This document shows, piece after piece, positions 12,591-26,329 of a stretch of 64,000 nt of DNA. Below the pieces are notes generated by a model. That model had not been told where the DNA came from. It saw only the letters and a list, made by a program, of their open reading frames with translations, and searched no databases. Origin of the DNA: Vezdaea acicularis (lineage: Eukaryota); contig JAPEUI010000070.1 of the NCBI GenBank assembly GCA_026025075.1, positions 1 through 64,000 of the forward strand, written 5' to 3'. Each line of letters starts with the position of its first letter. Position 1 is the stretch's first letter. A program made the translations under genes and the position numbers.

Positions 12591-12819
12591 ATTTGATATC
12601 TTTGCTGAACTGCGGGGGCCCAAAGAATTTCCATCACTCTGATTTCCTGCCCGCCAGAATTCCGAACATTTTCCAGAGCCGCCTTAAGATAAATATCTTA
12701 TAGCGTTAAAGCGGCGTCTAGCTGTGTCCATTCTTCGCGACAACTCCGAGCAGATACCTTCACAACACGCACACAATTCTCAATTCGATCCGATTTGCTG
12801 TCTCCGCGACGCTGCCACA

Positions 12820-14303
12820 ATGAGCTCCTCAGCTTGCTGGAAATGCGTGCTGCGGTCAAGGCCAATCGTGCCTTCAACAGGCAGTTACAATCCGCAAATT
12901 TGCGTATCCTACGCACACCCTTTCTCTACCAGTGCTCGGCAAAACCGAGTAGTTGCGACAGCGACACCAAAAAAAGGCCAGGGCATTCAGAAAGGGCCAC
13001 CAGCTCGCGGAGGAGGAGGACTAAAACTTAAGAAGAAGGCTGTCCCACAAAGAACAGGGAAACCACCCGCGCCGGGTGAAAGGAGGGCAATGAGGAAGCG
13101 CGTGGTTCTGAGCAACACTAACGCGCTGGAGGTCCAAGGCATTGGAGAGCTCAACTCAGAGACTATGGGCGATGAAACCTTGGATGGGAAGATTGTTGCG
13201 TTCCCAGGAAAGTTAGTCGACAAGCTACGGGCTTTAGAAGCTTTCAAGCCAACGCAAGGCTGGTCATGGTTTCGCAAGCCGGGGACTTTATTAAGGAAGG
13301 AGAGTTTCGCAATAGCAGCAGAGCTGGCAGAAACAGAGACCAGCAAGAGCACTTTACGCAGGCTATATGTTGGAGATCGCGGGGTGGGCAAGAGTATGAC
13401 GCTTTTGCAGGCAATGGCGATGGCCCTTACGAAGGACTGGATCGTCATAAACATTCCTGAAGGTACGAGGCCAACTCCATTCATTCGTCATTGTCGCTTC
13501 TAACTAACGGCTGTCTAGGCTATGACCTTACAAACGCACACACCGCCTATGCGCCAGTCCCTGACAGCTCGCCCACGGAGTATTCTCAAAAGACTTATGT
13601 CGCCCATCTACTGTCCAACATCCGCTCAGCGAATACTTCGGTTCTATCCAAGCTCTCTCTTTCCCTTCACCATAAACTCCCAATACCTCTGCAGTCAAAT
13701 ATATCCCTAGATCGACTGGCAGAACTTGGGGCTCAAGATGCCGACATTGCTTGGCCTATCTTCCGCGCTCTCTGGGCCGAAATAAGCGCCGCTTCTACTG
13801 CCGAACATCGAAGGCCTCCTTTGATGTTCTGTGTGGATAGCATTGGCCATCTGATGAGGGCGACAGAGTATCGAGATGCAGACTTCAAGCTGATCCATGC
13901 TCATAATCTGGCGCTTGTAAGGTTGTTCGTCGAGTACTTCAGCGGCCAGAAAGCCCTTCCAAACGGTGGGGCTTTATTGGCAGCTGTCAGTGCATCAAAT
14001 GTACCGAAGACACCGACTTTTGACTGGGTTCTCAAGCAACAAGCGTCAACGAATGAACAATGGCCGGCCATCTTCCCGCATGAAGCGACTGATGAGCGTG
14101 TGAAAAAGACCATGGAAACGGTAGAGATTAAGCGGCTCCTTGGGCTCAGTCGAGAGGAGGCAAGAGGATTGATCGAGTACTATGCGGCTAGTGGCATTAC
14201 AAGGAACAAGGTCGATGAAAGATTCTTGAGCGAGAAGTATTCGCTTTCTGGTGGCGGGATTGCGGGGGAGTTGGAGAGATGTGTTCTGGGGATGAGAGCA
14301 TAA
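12820..14303 (+). CDS. RSM23: Mitochondrial small ribosomal subunit protein mS29 (DAP3/Rsm23), 2 exons
   Basis: Presequence-like N-terminus, GKPPAPGERRAMRKRVVLSNTNA, EAFKPTQGW, P-loop GDRGVGKS, EEARGLIEYYAASG. Confidence 0.9.
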
Positions 14304-14489
14304 CCAACCCTAGCCGTGTATCACCTTAGCGGCCATGTATCTATTCTGACAAGCGCAAATATATTGGTCCCTATTTAATTCGCTCTACCATACAAATGTT
14401 TGCTTTTAAAACCCTCGGAAATAGACCGCGAACTAATGATCGAGTTTAAGACGCCGAACACGCAATTGAAGCCCCCCTCGAAAGATGAC

Positions 14490-17156
14490 TTAGAATGTAA
14501 CGCCGTTCTCGCCATCCTCATCCATGTCCATGTCAAAATCCCCAGTTTGAATGAATATCAGCCTTGTACCTTCGCCCGCGGTTTGCCATATCTGGATATT
14601 GTCAATGGCTTCACTCGATCAATCATGGCGGGGTTATGGACTTACATCAAGCATAGAATACTCGTCGATAGCCGCAACAAGCTGGTCCTCCGTGAAACCC
14701 TTCGCGAGGACTCTTTCCCTCACCTTACTCATTCTGAGCTCACCCTGCTCGCCACCCTCAACCATACCAGCGCCAGAATCTGCCATGGCTCTGATAACGT
14801 TATAGATCTTCGAGCTTGGACTTTGATCAGCACCCTTCCGATTCTCGCCGTACAAGGTAGCTTTCGAGACTTCGACTAGTCTGAGTGCCTCGTCTACATC
14901 CTCAGTGACGACCTTCTCGCTGAACCTTAGTCTTGCAAGCGCTTGGGATAGACGCAATACGCCAAGCAGTGTTCGAGGGGATATATGTGTGAATTGTTTC
15001 TTCCCCTTTTCGTCCCGCTTCTGCTGTTGCCGCATCCGTACGTACGCACCAACCATATAATCGCTAACTTCCTTCGGCACAGTTGGTCGCCACTTACGCG
15101 CTTGCGCAATGTAGGAACGGACTTCGTGAGGGGTGAAGACAACGCCCTCTGTATCAGGATGTTTGTTGTTCATGTGGACGTAGGTTACGTGGCGAGCCAA
15201 CTCCTCATCGGACTCGCGGGTCGGTGTGTCAAGAATCAGGAATAGGACGTCAAAACGAGATAGGAGGGCTGCCGGCAGATTGATGTTCTCGACCGGCGAG
15301 ATCCTAGGATTGTAGCGCCCGTAAAGCGGATTGGCCGCTGCAAGAATTGATGTTCGTGCGTTCAGGGAGGTGGTAATGCCAGCTTTAGAAATAGAGATGG
15401 TCTGCTGCTCCATAACTTCATGGATTGCCGTCCGATCGCCATCGTCCATCTTGTCGAACTCATCAATGCAGCAGATACCATTGTCAGCGAGGACCAGCGC
15501 ACCCCCCTCGAGTACCATCTCGTCAGTGACAGGGTCGCGCATAACAGCTGCAGTCAAGCCAACACCACTGCTTCCTCGACCGGTGGTGTAGACGCCTCTC
15601 GGAGCGACTTTCGTAATATACTTCAAAAGCTGGGACTTTGCGACACCGGGATCGCCCATCAAGCAGATATTGATATCGCCACGAATGCGCATTCCATCTC
15701 CCATCTCCTTAGTCACACCTCCAATCAGGAGTAAAAGCAGCGCCTTCTTGACATCGAGGTGTCCATAGATTTCTGGCGCGATTGAACGAGATAGGTACTC
15801 ATACATGCGACCCGAATGCTTAAATTTCTCTATTCTCCGGAAGGTTTGATCGTCGACTTTGAGATCTTCGTAGGCTTTCTTGTGTTGCGTTACGTGCTGG
15901 GCTTCAAGATAAGTATCGGTCAGGAGACCAGCGCGAATCGCCTTGAATCCAGTGTACGGCGTAGGGAGAAAAATGCCCGCCACATCGACAACATCACCTG
16001 GGTTGATCTGTCTGGTAAGTGTGCCATGACAATGAATTGTGAGTTGTCGAGGAATATGGCCGACAGGTACCTGATCTGCCATTTCTTGGATTTTGACCTC
16101 CTGGAACGGTTGAAACTTTGAAGCTCTAGTTGACATGAAAAGCTGCCCTTTGGATTGATTTGTCTTGCAGTCAGGTGAAGGGCATTCTCCGAGAGGCGTA
16201 AAGGATCGTGTGCTGACTGGCTGAAAGATCTCGGACCCACATCGATCACAGGTATATGCGTTCACTTGAACGGCTGGTTTAACGTCGGAAACTCTCGTGG
16301 TGATACCTCGCACTGTAATCAGATGACCAAGATGCTCGCCCTTTACATGCCGAACTGCAAGCGCCTTCAGATTGCTTTCGTCACTTGACCCAGATGGCGT
16401 TAGAGGTTTGACAGCCAGAGTATACCGCCGCGTTAGTTCTGCCGGAAACAGCGACATATCATCAGCATTCTCGATTTCAGATTCTGGCGCCACCGATTGT
16501 GATTCATTCCTTCGCTCTCTTTGCGACATGATGATATCTAGCACATCATCCTTAAAGCTGCGGCCACAAACTTAGAAGATGCTCTTAAAGACCGCTGTTC
16601 GTAGCACTCACGTTATCGCCCTCGTTTCCTTTGGCATTACTTTGTCTACAGCTCTGGACAGTATATCGATGTAGTGCTTCGTATTCTTCTCGATCGATGA
16701 TACCAAGCTGAGCGAGAATTGGCCCTCGCCTTGAGCGTCCTCCCACTGCAGCACTACTTAGTACAGTTGCTGAAAACCAAGTCTGTTCATGATGAGACGC
16801 ACCGCTTTCAGATCATCGAGCTCGATCGTGACCTGTGATGCGAAGCGGTCCGCAATCTCTTGCAAGAGCACCATGTATTTGCTACTTGCATCGTGCATCC
16901 TTTTGCTCCTCGTACGTTGCCTTGCCTCGTCGGCGAGGTCATCCATGAAGTCATACTCATCGCTAGTGTTATCATCGTCTAATTGAAGGCCTTTCAATGC
17001 ATTCGTAGCAGAGGTTTCTGAAGATTTGAAAGTTTTTAGAAAATCCTCGAATGCGGCTACGGAACGTGAGCAAATCGATTTTCGTGTAGGGTACGAAGTG
17101 ATCTTACCCTCTTGCGCCTCGTAGTCAACAGGAGTCTTGTATGTGAGGAGAGACAT
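14490..17156 (-). CDS. MCM7: DNA replication licensing factor Mcm7, 5 exons
   Basis: Zinc finger [40 protein letters not shown]. Last exon [14 protein letters not shown] (stop 14490-14492). Confidence 0.96.
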
Positions 17157-17244
17157 TATGTTGATCTATCAATTTGCGCCTATTGAGTCTTCTAAACCGC
17201 AGGCAAACACGTTGGTGATCGAGACAGATTGGAAGCGATAGATG

Positions 17245-17286
17245 GGCGCGTCTGCGGGTGACGCGACGCGAGCTTCCCCACGCGTC
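17245..17286. promoter_or_regulatory. Cluster of CGCG/MCB elements in the MCM7-PEX1 divergent promoter
   Basis: GCGCGT, ACGCGACGCGA and ACGCGT (17280-17285) within about 40 bp. Confidence 0.65.
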
Positions 17287-17401
17287 CCACTCTCGGTCCA
17301 GAATAGGCAAGGCGCTTTTCGCTAGGGCCGGCCGTAAAAGGACCGAGGCTCATCGTGTCTCAATGCTCTGGATGCAACAGCGGCGCTTCTGCCAATGAAT
17401 A

Positions 17402-20400
17402 ATGGCACCACCCATGCGGAAGTCAACGCCCGCAGAGATAGCCCTAACATCACTTAAGAGCTGCCTTATTAACTTGCCTTCAAGTCTTGTTAACATCCTC
17501 CTTAACGCAAACACAGTGCGTAAGCAACCACCTAATAATTGAACGGCTCTCTGACTGACGCTGGGAAGCCTAGGCAACTCAGGACGTCGTAATCGAACTT
17601 ACATATAAGAAACCAGTTCTCAGCAGCTCAAATGCTAGTCCGGTGCATAAGTCAGTCTTCGTTGGCTGGACGGGCTTTACGAGCCGGCGAGTGCTTGCGC
17701 CCATCGTCTCTCGGGATGGCATAATTGGGAGCAAAGGCGGAGGCCGTGAGCAAGAGATATTGCACGTTGAGATTGATACGAGCTTTGCGCATACTTTGGG
17801 ACTAGGTGATGGCGATAAAGTGCGCAGCGATACCGACTAAGAGTGGTTGATACTAACGTTGCACTTAGGTAGGAGTCCTTCTCCATCTCGACCCGCCTTT
17901 GGTACACACTGTAAACATCGAACCTCTAACCCCTGCAGATTGGGAGAGTGAGTTCGCAAATTCTTAAATTATGTATACTTGGGCCTTACAGCTAATAGTG
18001 GGTACTCAGTTATCGAATTACACGCCAATTTCTTGGAGTTAAACCTCCTCTCCCAGATCCGGGCTCTACCCAATCCATCCTTCACACCTTCTGGATCTCC
18101 GCCACAAACACCTCATCCTCTGACACTGCATCTATCTCCCACATCAACAGCGGACATTGCCGTTACATCGTTTTCTCCTCCTCTACCTTCGTCTTCGGCA
18201 TTCGCTAAAATATCCCCTGATGCAGAGATAATCGTTGCTCCAAAAGCACGTGCTCGTCTGGCTCCATCAGGTGATAGAGATGGAGGAAGAAGTGTAGTGA
18301 ATACGGGAAGGAGGAGTGGTAGTGGGCGCAGTGGATCCAGCGCAGCGCGCCCACGCAGTCAGAGAGAACAAAATCCAAACCGTGATGCGCTTTTCCTTCG
18401 AGGCGTAAACAGACAAGCTGCCGCTAACTGGTTTAATGTCGAGGACAGCGATTCAAGAGACGTCGGTTTAAAGGTCTGGTTAGACCGAGATTTAGTCTTC
18501 TCGAAAGGGCTTCGTACTGCCGGAGGTTGGGCCGCTGTCACGGTGATTAGACCTTCGGCACTACAAGATCCCGTTAATCCACAAGAAGCTCAGCATCAGG
18601 CTCCGAAGCAAGACACAAATGGTCAGACGGTGGACTCTAGGAGACCCGCCCTAAGAGTAGTTGCACGACTGCGGCCGTGGGAGGACGCGCCTAATGATAC
18701 ACACGCAGTTCTGTCGACGGCGCTCTGTTCTGCGCTGGGTGCTGATTCACTTGTCGGAGGTCTAATCAAGATTGAGGCAGCTCCGCCTCCAGTAGCTCCA
18801 AGCGATATAAAAGCCCTGAAGGTGTTCCCCTTTTCCGCATATGCTAGACCACGCGAGGGGCTTAAGTTTGGTGGTGAGTCAAAGGCAGAGCGACTAGAAG
18901 TAGCGCAACGCCTAAAGAACATGTTTGATAGGCCTGAGGACGGACCTGAAGCTCTGTTAAATGGACCAATTACTGACGGTATGATCCTTGAGAGTCACAC
19001 TACTGCCGACAATCAGTGGTGGGATGGTGGTATCCTAAAATTCGATCCTTCAGGACCGCAGGTCACCGATTGGAACAAGGTCCAAGTATGCTGGACGCTC
19101 CGCTCTGGCAGGAACTATGACTTTGACATTCAAGAAGAGACTCCCAGGATCGAAAGCTATTTCAAGCCGCTCGGGCCAGGGCAGCCACTTCCAAGCCTAT
19201 GCCCAACTTTAGCAGGAATAGATCCTTCCGTTGAACAGTTAACCTATTATTTGCTGTCCACATCGTCTGTTCTCCTGACAGGAGCTCGTGGATCTGGCAA
19301 GTCAGCTGTCGCTCATCTTGTGGGTCATCGACTTCGCAGCCAAAATCTTTTCCATACCGCCTATTTCCCTTGCCGAAACCTCATAACGGACGAGACTAGA
19401 GTTTCAACCATCAAGGAAACTCTGGATCGTCTATTCATGACAGCTTCATGGGGCGCGCGACAAGGCGGCAGATCCCTCCTCATTCTCGATGACATAGACA
19501 GGATTTGTCCAACCGAGACTGAATTACAAGTTGGTGGTGATAACGGACGAAGCCGTCAGATCAGCGAAATTCTACGATCCATCGCCAGGAAATATACTGG
19601 TGTTGACTCTGGTGTTGTCCTTCTCGCCACAGCGCAGGGCAAAGAAGCTGTTCATAACTTGATAATTAGTTGTCATGTTGTTCGTGAAATACTAAACTTG
19701 AAAGCTCCAGATAAGGAAGGAAGAAGACAGATATTGAAGTTATTGATGAAAGATGACGCAAAGAGCACATCCCAGAAGCCACCCGAAGAGAAGAATGGTT
19801 CGAAGGTCGACCATGAAGCCGCATGGATGGACTCGTCTAGCGTCGGCAGCAGGCCAACTTCCTCTGCACGGCATGATGGTTTTGTACTGGACCGCGACGC
19901 TGATCTACTGGAGCTGGCAGGTCAGACGGACGGATATATGCCTGGCGATCTTGTATTGCTTGTTGCTAGAGCCAGGAGTGAGGCTATCATTCGTGATGTC
20001 GATTTGGCCCCAAACAGCACGGAAAGCTCAACTATTGCGCTTGGTAAGATAGACTTCACAAACGCGTTGAAGGGCTTTTACCCCGCAGGACTGCGCAATG
20101 TGACACTGCAGAGTTCTTCAACTACCTTTGCCTCTATTGGTGGGCTCCATGCTACGCGAAAGGTTCTCCTCGAAACATTACAATACCCAACCACTTACGC
20201 CCCCATCTTCGCGCAGTGTCCGCTACGACTCCGTTCCGGTCTACTTCTCTATGGGTTTCCTGGCTGTGGGAAGACTTTATTAGCAAGCGCTGTTGCTGGC
20301 GAGTGCGGTCTAAATTTCATCAGTGTCAAAGGACCTGAGATTTTGAATAAATACATCGGTGCCAGTGAAAAGAGCGTAAGGGATCTCTTTGAGCGAGCTG

Positions 20401-21089
20401 AGGCGGCTAGGCCATGCGTCCTATTCTTTGACGAGTTTGATAGCATTGCGCCCAAGAGGTTGGTCAATGTCTCTGCGATCTACGTTCGAAACTAAGCTAA
20501 CGGGGTTTTAGAGGACACGACTCGACGGGTGTCACTGACAGAGTTGTCAACCAGCTACTAACGCAAATGGATGGAGCCGAGGGGCTGTCTGGCGTATATG
20601 TTCTCGCGGCAACATCAAGACCGGACCTGATTGATCCAGCCTTACTTCGTCCTGGCCGTTTGGACAAGTCCCTCCTGTGTGATCTGCCAAACGAGGATGA
20701 TCGACTAGATATCATGAGAGCTTTGAGCCAAAAGCTTAAGATGAGTAAGGACATCCTCGACGATGGCCTACCTGAGATTGCCAAGCGCACAGAAGGCTAC
20801 TCGGGCGCCGATTTGCAGGCTGTCATCTACAATGCACAGCTCGAAGCTATTCACGACGTGCTTGGTGACCAAACCGAAAGCAATGGACCCAGGGCGCGCA
20901 AGAATCCCGAGAGGCAGTCAGCCTCAACTTCTCCTCGAGATTTCTCCCAATTTACTATTGGGGAAGCTCTAGACGCGACTGAAGCCAAAGGTAGTGAAAA
21001 GGAAGGACACAACCGTGGTCAAGAGCTTGCCTCCCAAGCGGCCATTATCGCCAAGCTCGACGCCCTGAGGCTTGCCAAATACCGGCGGC

Positions 21090-21125
<36 letters not shown>

Positions 21126-21364
21126 TAAATGCAAGCGGTAGCCAGCCTACAGAAAATGGGCAGACTGGAAAGAAGGAGGACCAGGAGGTAGTGATCGAGT
21201 GGAAACATCTTTTAGCGTCATTGGCGAGCACCCGAAGCTCGATTAGTCTACAGGAGCGAAGACGGTTGGCGGCAATTTATCGGGAGTTTGTGGTCGGGCG
21301 AAATGGCGAAATGCCAGATGGAATGGGCAGTACGGAGGTGGGAGGTAGGACTACTCTTATGTAG
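17402..21364 (+). CDS. PEX1: Peroxisomal AAA ATPase Pex1, 5 exons
   Basis: N-domain [13 protein letters not shown] and [18 protein letters not shown]1 GARGSGKS, D2 [21 protein letters not shown]-terminal GGRTTLM. Confidence 0.95.
21083..21124 (+). repeat. (CGG)3(CAG)10CAA microsatellite encoding R3-Q11 in PEX1
   Basis: Directly visible trinucleotide run in frame ([16 protein letters not shown]). Confidence 0.95.
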
Positions 21365-21655
21365 AAAACCTAGTTGGGCATTTATCAATACCAGGAAAAA
21401 GTTTAAGCCCTCTATTTAGAGAAGCCTCGTCGCAAAGAGCTCTGCCGTGGAACCACTAATCTACTTTGGCTGCTTGATGTCGTACTCATGCGGCTCGCCC
21501 GAGTAACCATCGATTCTTTAGTCAATCGTCTAAGAGCACCTGTCCTAATTTGCTACACACATAGATGGTGCCCCCAATTGTCCGGACGGATGACGTCTAG
21601 TGCGAGTCGTGAATCTGGATTCAAGTAGATCGATACTGTTATCTAGTCTACTATT

Positions 21656-23287
21656 CTATGGAATTTCTACAGATCGCCCCATTGTGCTTTTCGTTCCGAC
21701 ATCTGACCGTTCAGACATTTCCCTCTGCTCTTTTGCAAGTGCTTCTTTCTCATCCGTAGTAAGATCGCTCTTCGCCTTCCGAATTCGTACAAAGAAAAGC
21801 ATAATCAAAAATGATAGAGCTGCACAGGTAAGCTGATACCAGAACACTGACTGATAACTTCTCTTTAGACCAAGATGGGCCGTTTTTGTTTGAACCACAT
21901 CTGCAAATGCAATGAGGAACGCGATACCTAGATATAACAAGCTATTGATTAGGGCACCTGCAAGCCCCTGCCTTTTGGAGGAAAGGTTGGTAGTAATGAA
22001 GATGTTCGCCACATTAAACAAGATGTCGATTCCGATTGTAGCGCCGATCATGGAGGGCAAAACGTAGGCCCAGTAGTTAGCACCAGTGGGAGCCACAGCA
22101 AATAAAATAGAAGCAGCGATCCAGCCAAGCCCAGCTATGAGAATCAAGAGAGTGCCAGATAGTAGGTGAAGAAAGTAACCGCCCATGACCGAGATAAGAA
22201 GACCTCCAACGCACATAGGCACATACCATGCCGTTACTTGCAGTGGTTTGGCGCCCATGATATCTTGCATATAAAGTGTCGCGTAAAGCAAGAATATTCC
22301 GAGTACTCCATATGAGAAGAAAAGCGCGACAAACAAGGGCTTGAGGTAGGGGACTTGGAAGAGGTCGAAGGGTATTAGGGGAGAAGTGGCAACCCAACCT
22401 TCGACGTAGAAGGCGATGCAAAGAACCAAGGCGCCTACGATGAGTAGAGTATAGATATATGGTGTTCTCCACCCACTTGGAGCTCCGGAGCTATCGGTAA
22501 TTGCGAAGACAGTCAAAATCAATCCCGTGGTAATGAGTCCGAACCCGTACCAGTCCATCTGGACATTCATCTTTTTGTGTTCTTCGACATCTGACGGCAC
22601 TGTCAAAAAGGCGGCAATCACAGTAGTGAATGTCAACATGGCCCCAATCCAGAAGTACCAGCCAAATCTCAGAAATTGGCCTGTCAAGCCTGCCATAAAG
22701 ATCCCAAAGAAGAATCCCAATGGTGCAGAACCGCCGTAGAGGCTGAACACGAGGTTCTTGCGTGGACCGGGTCGATAGATGTTTGCCATCAGGAGGACCC
22801 CTGAAGGTAGAAATGCAGCCGGACCAAAGCCTTGCAATGCACGACAAAAGTCAAGCATTAGTTCATTCTTCGAGAATCCTGCGATCAAAGACCAAAGACA
22901 AAACCAACATAGCCCCCCAAGATAGACGGGATAGCCCCCGTACATATCAGCAAACCGACCGAACGGTAAAAGAAACGCAGACGTGATAAGAGCGAATGCA
23001 CCGGCTGGCCATACTACGGAGGCTTGCGAAATGTTAAGGTCCCGGATCAATGTTGGAAGGATAACATTGAATCCGGACACAAAATATTCCTACGCCGTGT
23101 TAGTAAAGTTGAGATTGATATGCCTGAGTGAACGGAACTTTCTTCCGTGACTTACAGCCATGAATTGTGATGCAAGAATCGAGTATACGAAAAGGACTTC
23201 GGCCCATATCGACTTGAATTGTTGCGGTCTCTCTCTCCCGAGACGTTCAACGCGCTCCTGTTGTGTCTCTTCGATCGGTGGCGTCAT
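21656..23287 (-). CDS. MFS drug:H+ antiporter (DHA2, Atr1-like), 2 exons
   Basis: Many hydrophobic helices, FLLPFGRFADMYGG, CRALQGFGPAAFLPSG, YRPGPRKNLVFSLYG. One intron after ..QFMA. Confidence 0.88.
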
Positions 23288-23995
23288 GATGGTTAAGTTA
23301 GCATCTGTCGGTCGTCTCTAGGGGCAGACCGGTCTTATGTATTGGTACTGCTAGTGAATGACGACCGAGCTTGCCCATTTCCAATTTTTCATCCCTGCCG
23401 TTGTGTTTTGGGGGCTGATAAGTCTTACAAAGCTTAGAGCCAGACGCTTCTTACGTACTGGCTTTGGAGATTGGCGCCCGAACGCCGCCGGGTGGCGCTC
23501 GATGCACGATGACGACCATTGTGTAGTGAAACTTTTATATAAGGACGGCCTCGAGGCTAGGGTAAAGATCCTTATATAGAGGTTTCACTGTAGTTTCCAG
23601 AATCGGATGATCGGGTGCTGTGAGGTTAGACGACATATATTTGATTATCGATCCAACGCGCCACCGCGTCCGTACCCCTCGGTTCCTGGTGATCGTTTAG
23701 ATCATCGTTTCTGAAGACTTTATGTTCCTCAAAAGCCATAGTAATGAACAACTCGAACCAAGGATCTGCCATGTTCATCGTCGTAGTCATCAACACGCAA
23801 AGTGGCACAGCTAAGCGAAGCATTCCTTCCGATAGTTAGACCAGCCCCTTTCTTGGGTACCCCCAGCCCGGCTCTGGATTAAACTTCTTACGCTTAGCAA
23901 ATGCGAATTCTAATGGAAGCAACGATTGCTGTAATTTGATCCTCTATCTAATTCAAAGGGGCTTGCGTTTGCCAAGAAGCTTACACCCCAGGCGC

Positions 23996-24020
23996 CTAGG
24001 GCTAGGGCTAGGGCTTTAGG
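23996..24020 (+). repeat. Short telomere-like (CTAGGG)3 array
   Basis: ctagggctagggctagggctttagg in the intergenic region. Confidence 0.7.
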
Positions 24021-24492
24021 ATGCCTGATGGTCTTCCAAATGTTTTCTTCTTTTTAAGTATTGTGCACCCATGTATCTCATTTGATGCGAGTATGTGAGA
24101 GCACCACTGGCATAATGAGAGATTATCCTATACAGTTAAATCCAGACGGGTACGATGCGAGGCTATTCGCTCCATAAAGTTGCTAACGCAACGAGAGGTC
24201 GCCTATTTGACAAAACATCAAGCTGACCAGGGTCTAGAATTAGCTGGAACGTTAGCCGAATACTTGCGTGTCAGAGATGCACCCTCATTACATAAGTACA
24301 ATTGCATTCAATACTGTCGTGCTTTAAATGACCTGTTTAACTCTATGAAAAGTAATACGGTTACATCCGTACAGATCATACTCCATTTCTCGCGCATCCC
24401 CTCTCTTCTGGCCTAAAATACAAAAACAACCATTAACTCTTTCCTAAGGTCCATACAGCCCGCAAAAAGCCAACATCATGTTGCCATAACGT

Positions 24493-26329
24493 CTAGCTCT
24501 TATGAGTAATTACGCCCTTTTCATCCGAATCGTCATCTCGAACGGCATGAACATCCAGGCTCAAACCGCGAGTGGAACGTCTACGACCAGTGGGCAAGCC
24601 TGTCTCAGGATCAACGACGCTGTGACCTCGCTGAGCAGCTTGTACGAGCTCAGGGTTCTGCTCCTTAAGTAGAGCGAAGTTACGCTCAGCATCCCAGACC
24701 CAAGGCGTGTCCGCAGCAAAGAGGAGATTCATTTCCTCGAGAGTCCGTTGGTTGGATTCGGGATAGAGAGCCCAAACCATAGGGATAGAGAGAACATTGC
24801 AGGCCCCAAAGATGAAAAGGGTGTAGCCCTGAATATTCTTGAACATGACGGGGCAGAGAAGGGTCAGCCAGCCGTTGCCGACCGACCAGCCAGCGACACC
24901 CCAAGCGTTACCCTTTGCTCGGACCTCAAGAGGGAAGATTTCAGCTGGGTAAAGCCATGGCACTGTGAGCCAGGTGGCACCGAAGGTACTAGTGAAGATG
25001 AAGATGAAAGCAGCCGAGGCCGCGCCGTAAGCTCGAGAAGCGTCAGTTGCATTGCCGTCAACCTGTTTCTTTGCACCGACCACACCCATGGCACCAGCCA
25101 AGAACATGCAAAGACCCTGAACGACAGATCCCCAGTACAGCGTCCAGCGACGACCAATACGATCTAGGGTGAAAACGCAAATGAGAGTCGAGAACATGTA
25201 AAAGATGTTGTTGAGCCCAGAGAGCCAGCCAGCTTTATAAGTAGTGAAACCAGAAATGTTGAGGAAGATGGTTTGAGCATAAATGGTAACTCCAGCAATG
25301 CCGACCCATTCTTGGATGATCTGAAGCCATATGACCAATTGGACACGACGGCCTGTGTGGAGCTTTCCAGAGCCGATACCGAAGAGCATGGAGAAATAGG
25401 AGTTTCTACTCGCCGTCTTGCGTTCAAGCTCAGCAATGTTTCGAATATCTTGAAATTCGGCCTCAGCCCGACCAACATCTTCTCCAGTCTCGCCACGAAG
25501 ACGGCCCAGAATGTAGCGTGCTTCTTCCTCGCGGCCAACCTTCGTAAGCCAACGAGGAGACTCGGGGAAGAACCACACGATCAAAAAGAGGAAGAGTAGT
25601 GGAATGATCTGGAAGCCAATGGGGAACCTCCATCGGAAAGCGGTGTTATGAAAACGACCCTGTGCCAGACCACTACAAATAATTAGCTTGAATCACAACT
25701 CGTTAACATGATTAGGAAACTTACAATTCGAGCCAATAGGCAACTACGACACCGAAGATATTCAGAGTAAACTCGATGGCAATGAACTGACCACGAGAGG
25801 TATGCTCCGCAGTTTCGGTAGCCCATACAGGAACAATAGCATTCAAAATACCAGTGCCAATACCATTGACTACTCGGGCGCACAACATCCAGTTGACGTT
25901 CATGGCGGAGGTCTGGAGCGCAGCACCAATCACCGCCCAGCCGGCACCAAGTCCGATCGTCTTGACACGACCAATCTTATCACCAATCCAGCCACCTAGA
26001 AGGCAGCCGACTAAGGTGCCCAAATAGTATATGGCGACAATTCCACCCTGAAGGATCGACTTGGTGATTACAATCTTCTCCTTGTTTGGATCATCTGGAA
26101 AATCTACACGACCAAATCCCATGGTATCGATGTAATCTATACTCGTTAGCTGGTCAACATCCAAAGTAGAGCAAGATCAAGGCTGACTCTTTGCGGTATT
26201 GACGCCTCCCATCACACCCTGATCATAACCGAAGAAGAAGATAGACAAAGCTGCTACGCAATTTATAGCAATCAGAAGGCCCCGCTTTTCCAAGCGGTGC
26301 ACTACGTTGAACCGGCCAATCTTATCCAT
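24493..26329 (-). CDS. Sugar porter family MFS transporter (STL1-like clade), 3 exons
   Basis: FFGYDQGVMGGVN, GDKIGR, VPVWATETAEHTSRG, PESPRWL, LDRIGRR, PWLYPAEIFPLEVRAKG, YPESNQRTLEEM. The substrate assignment is an inference. Confidence 0.9.
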
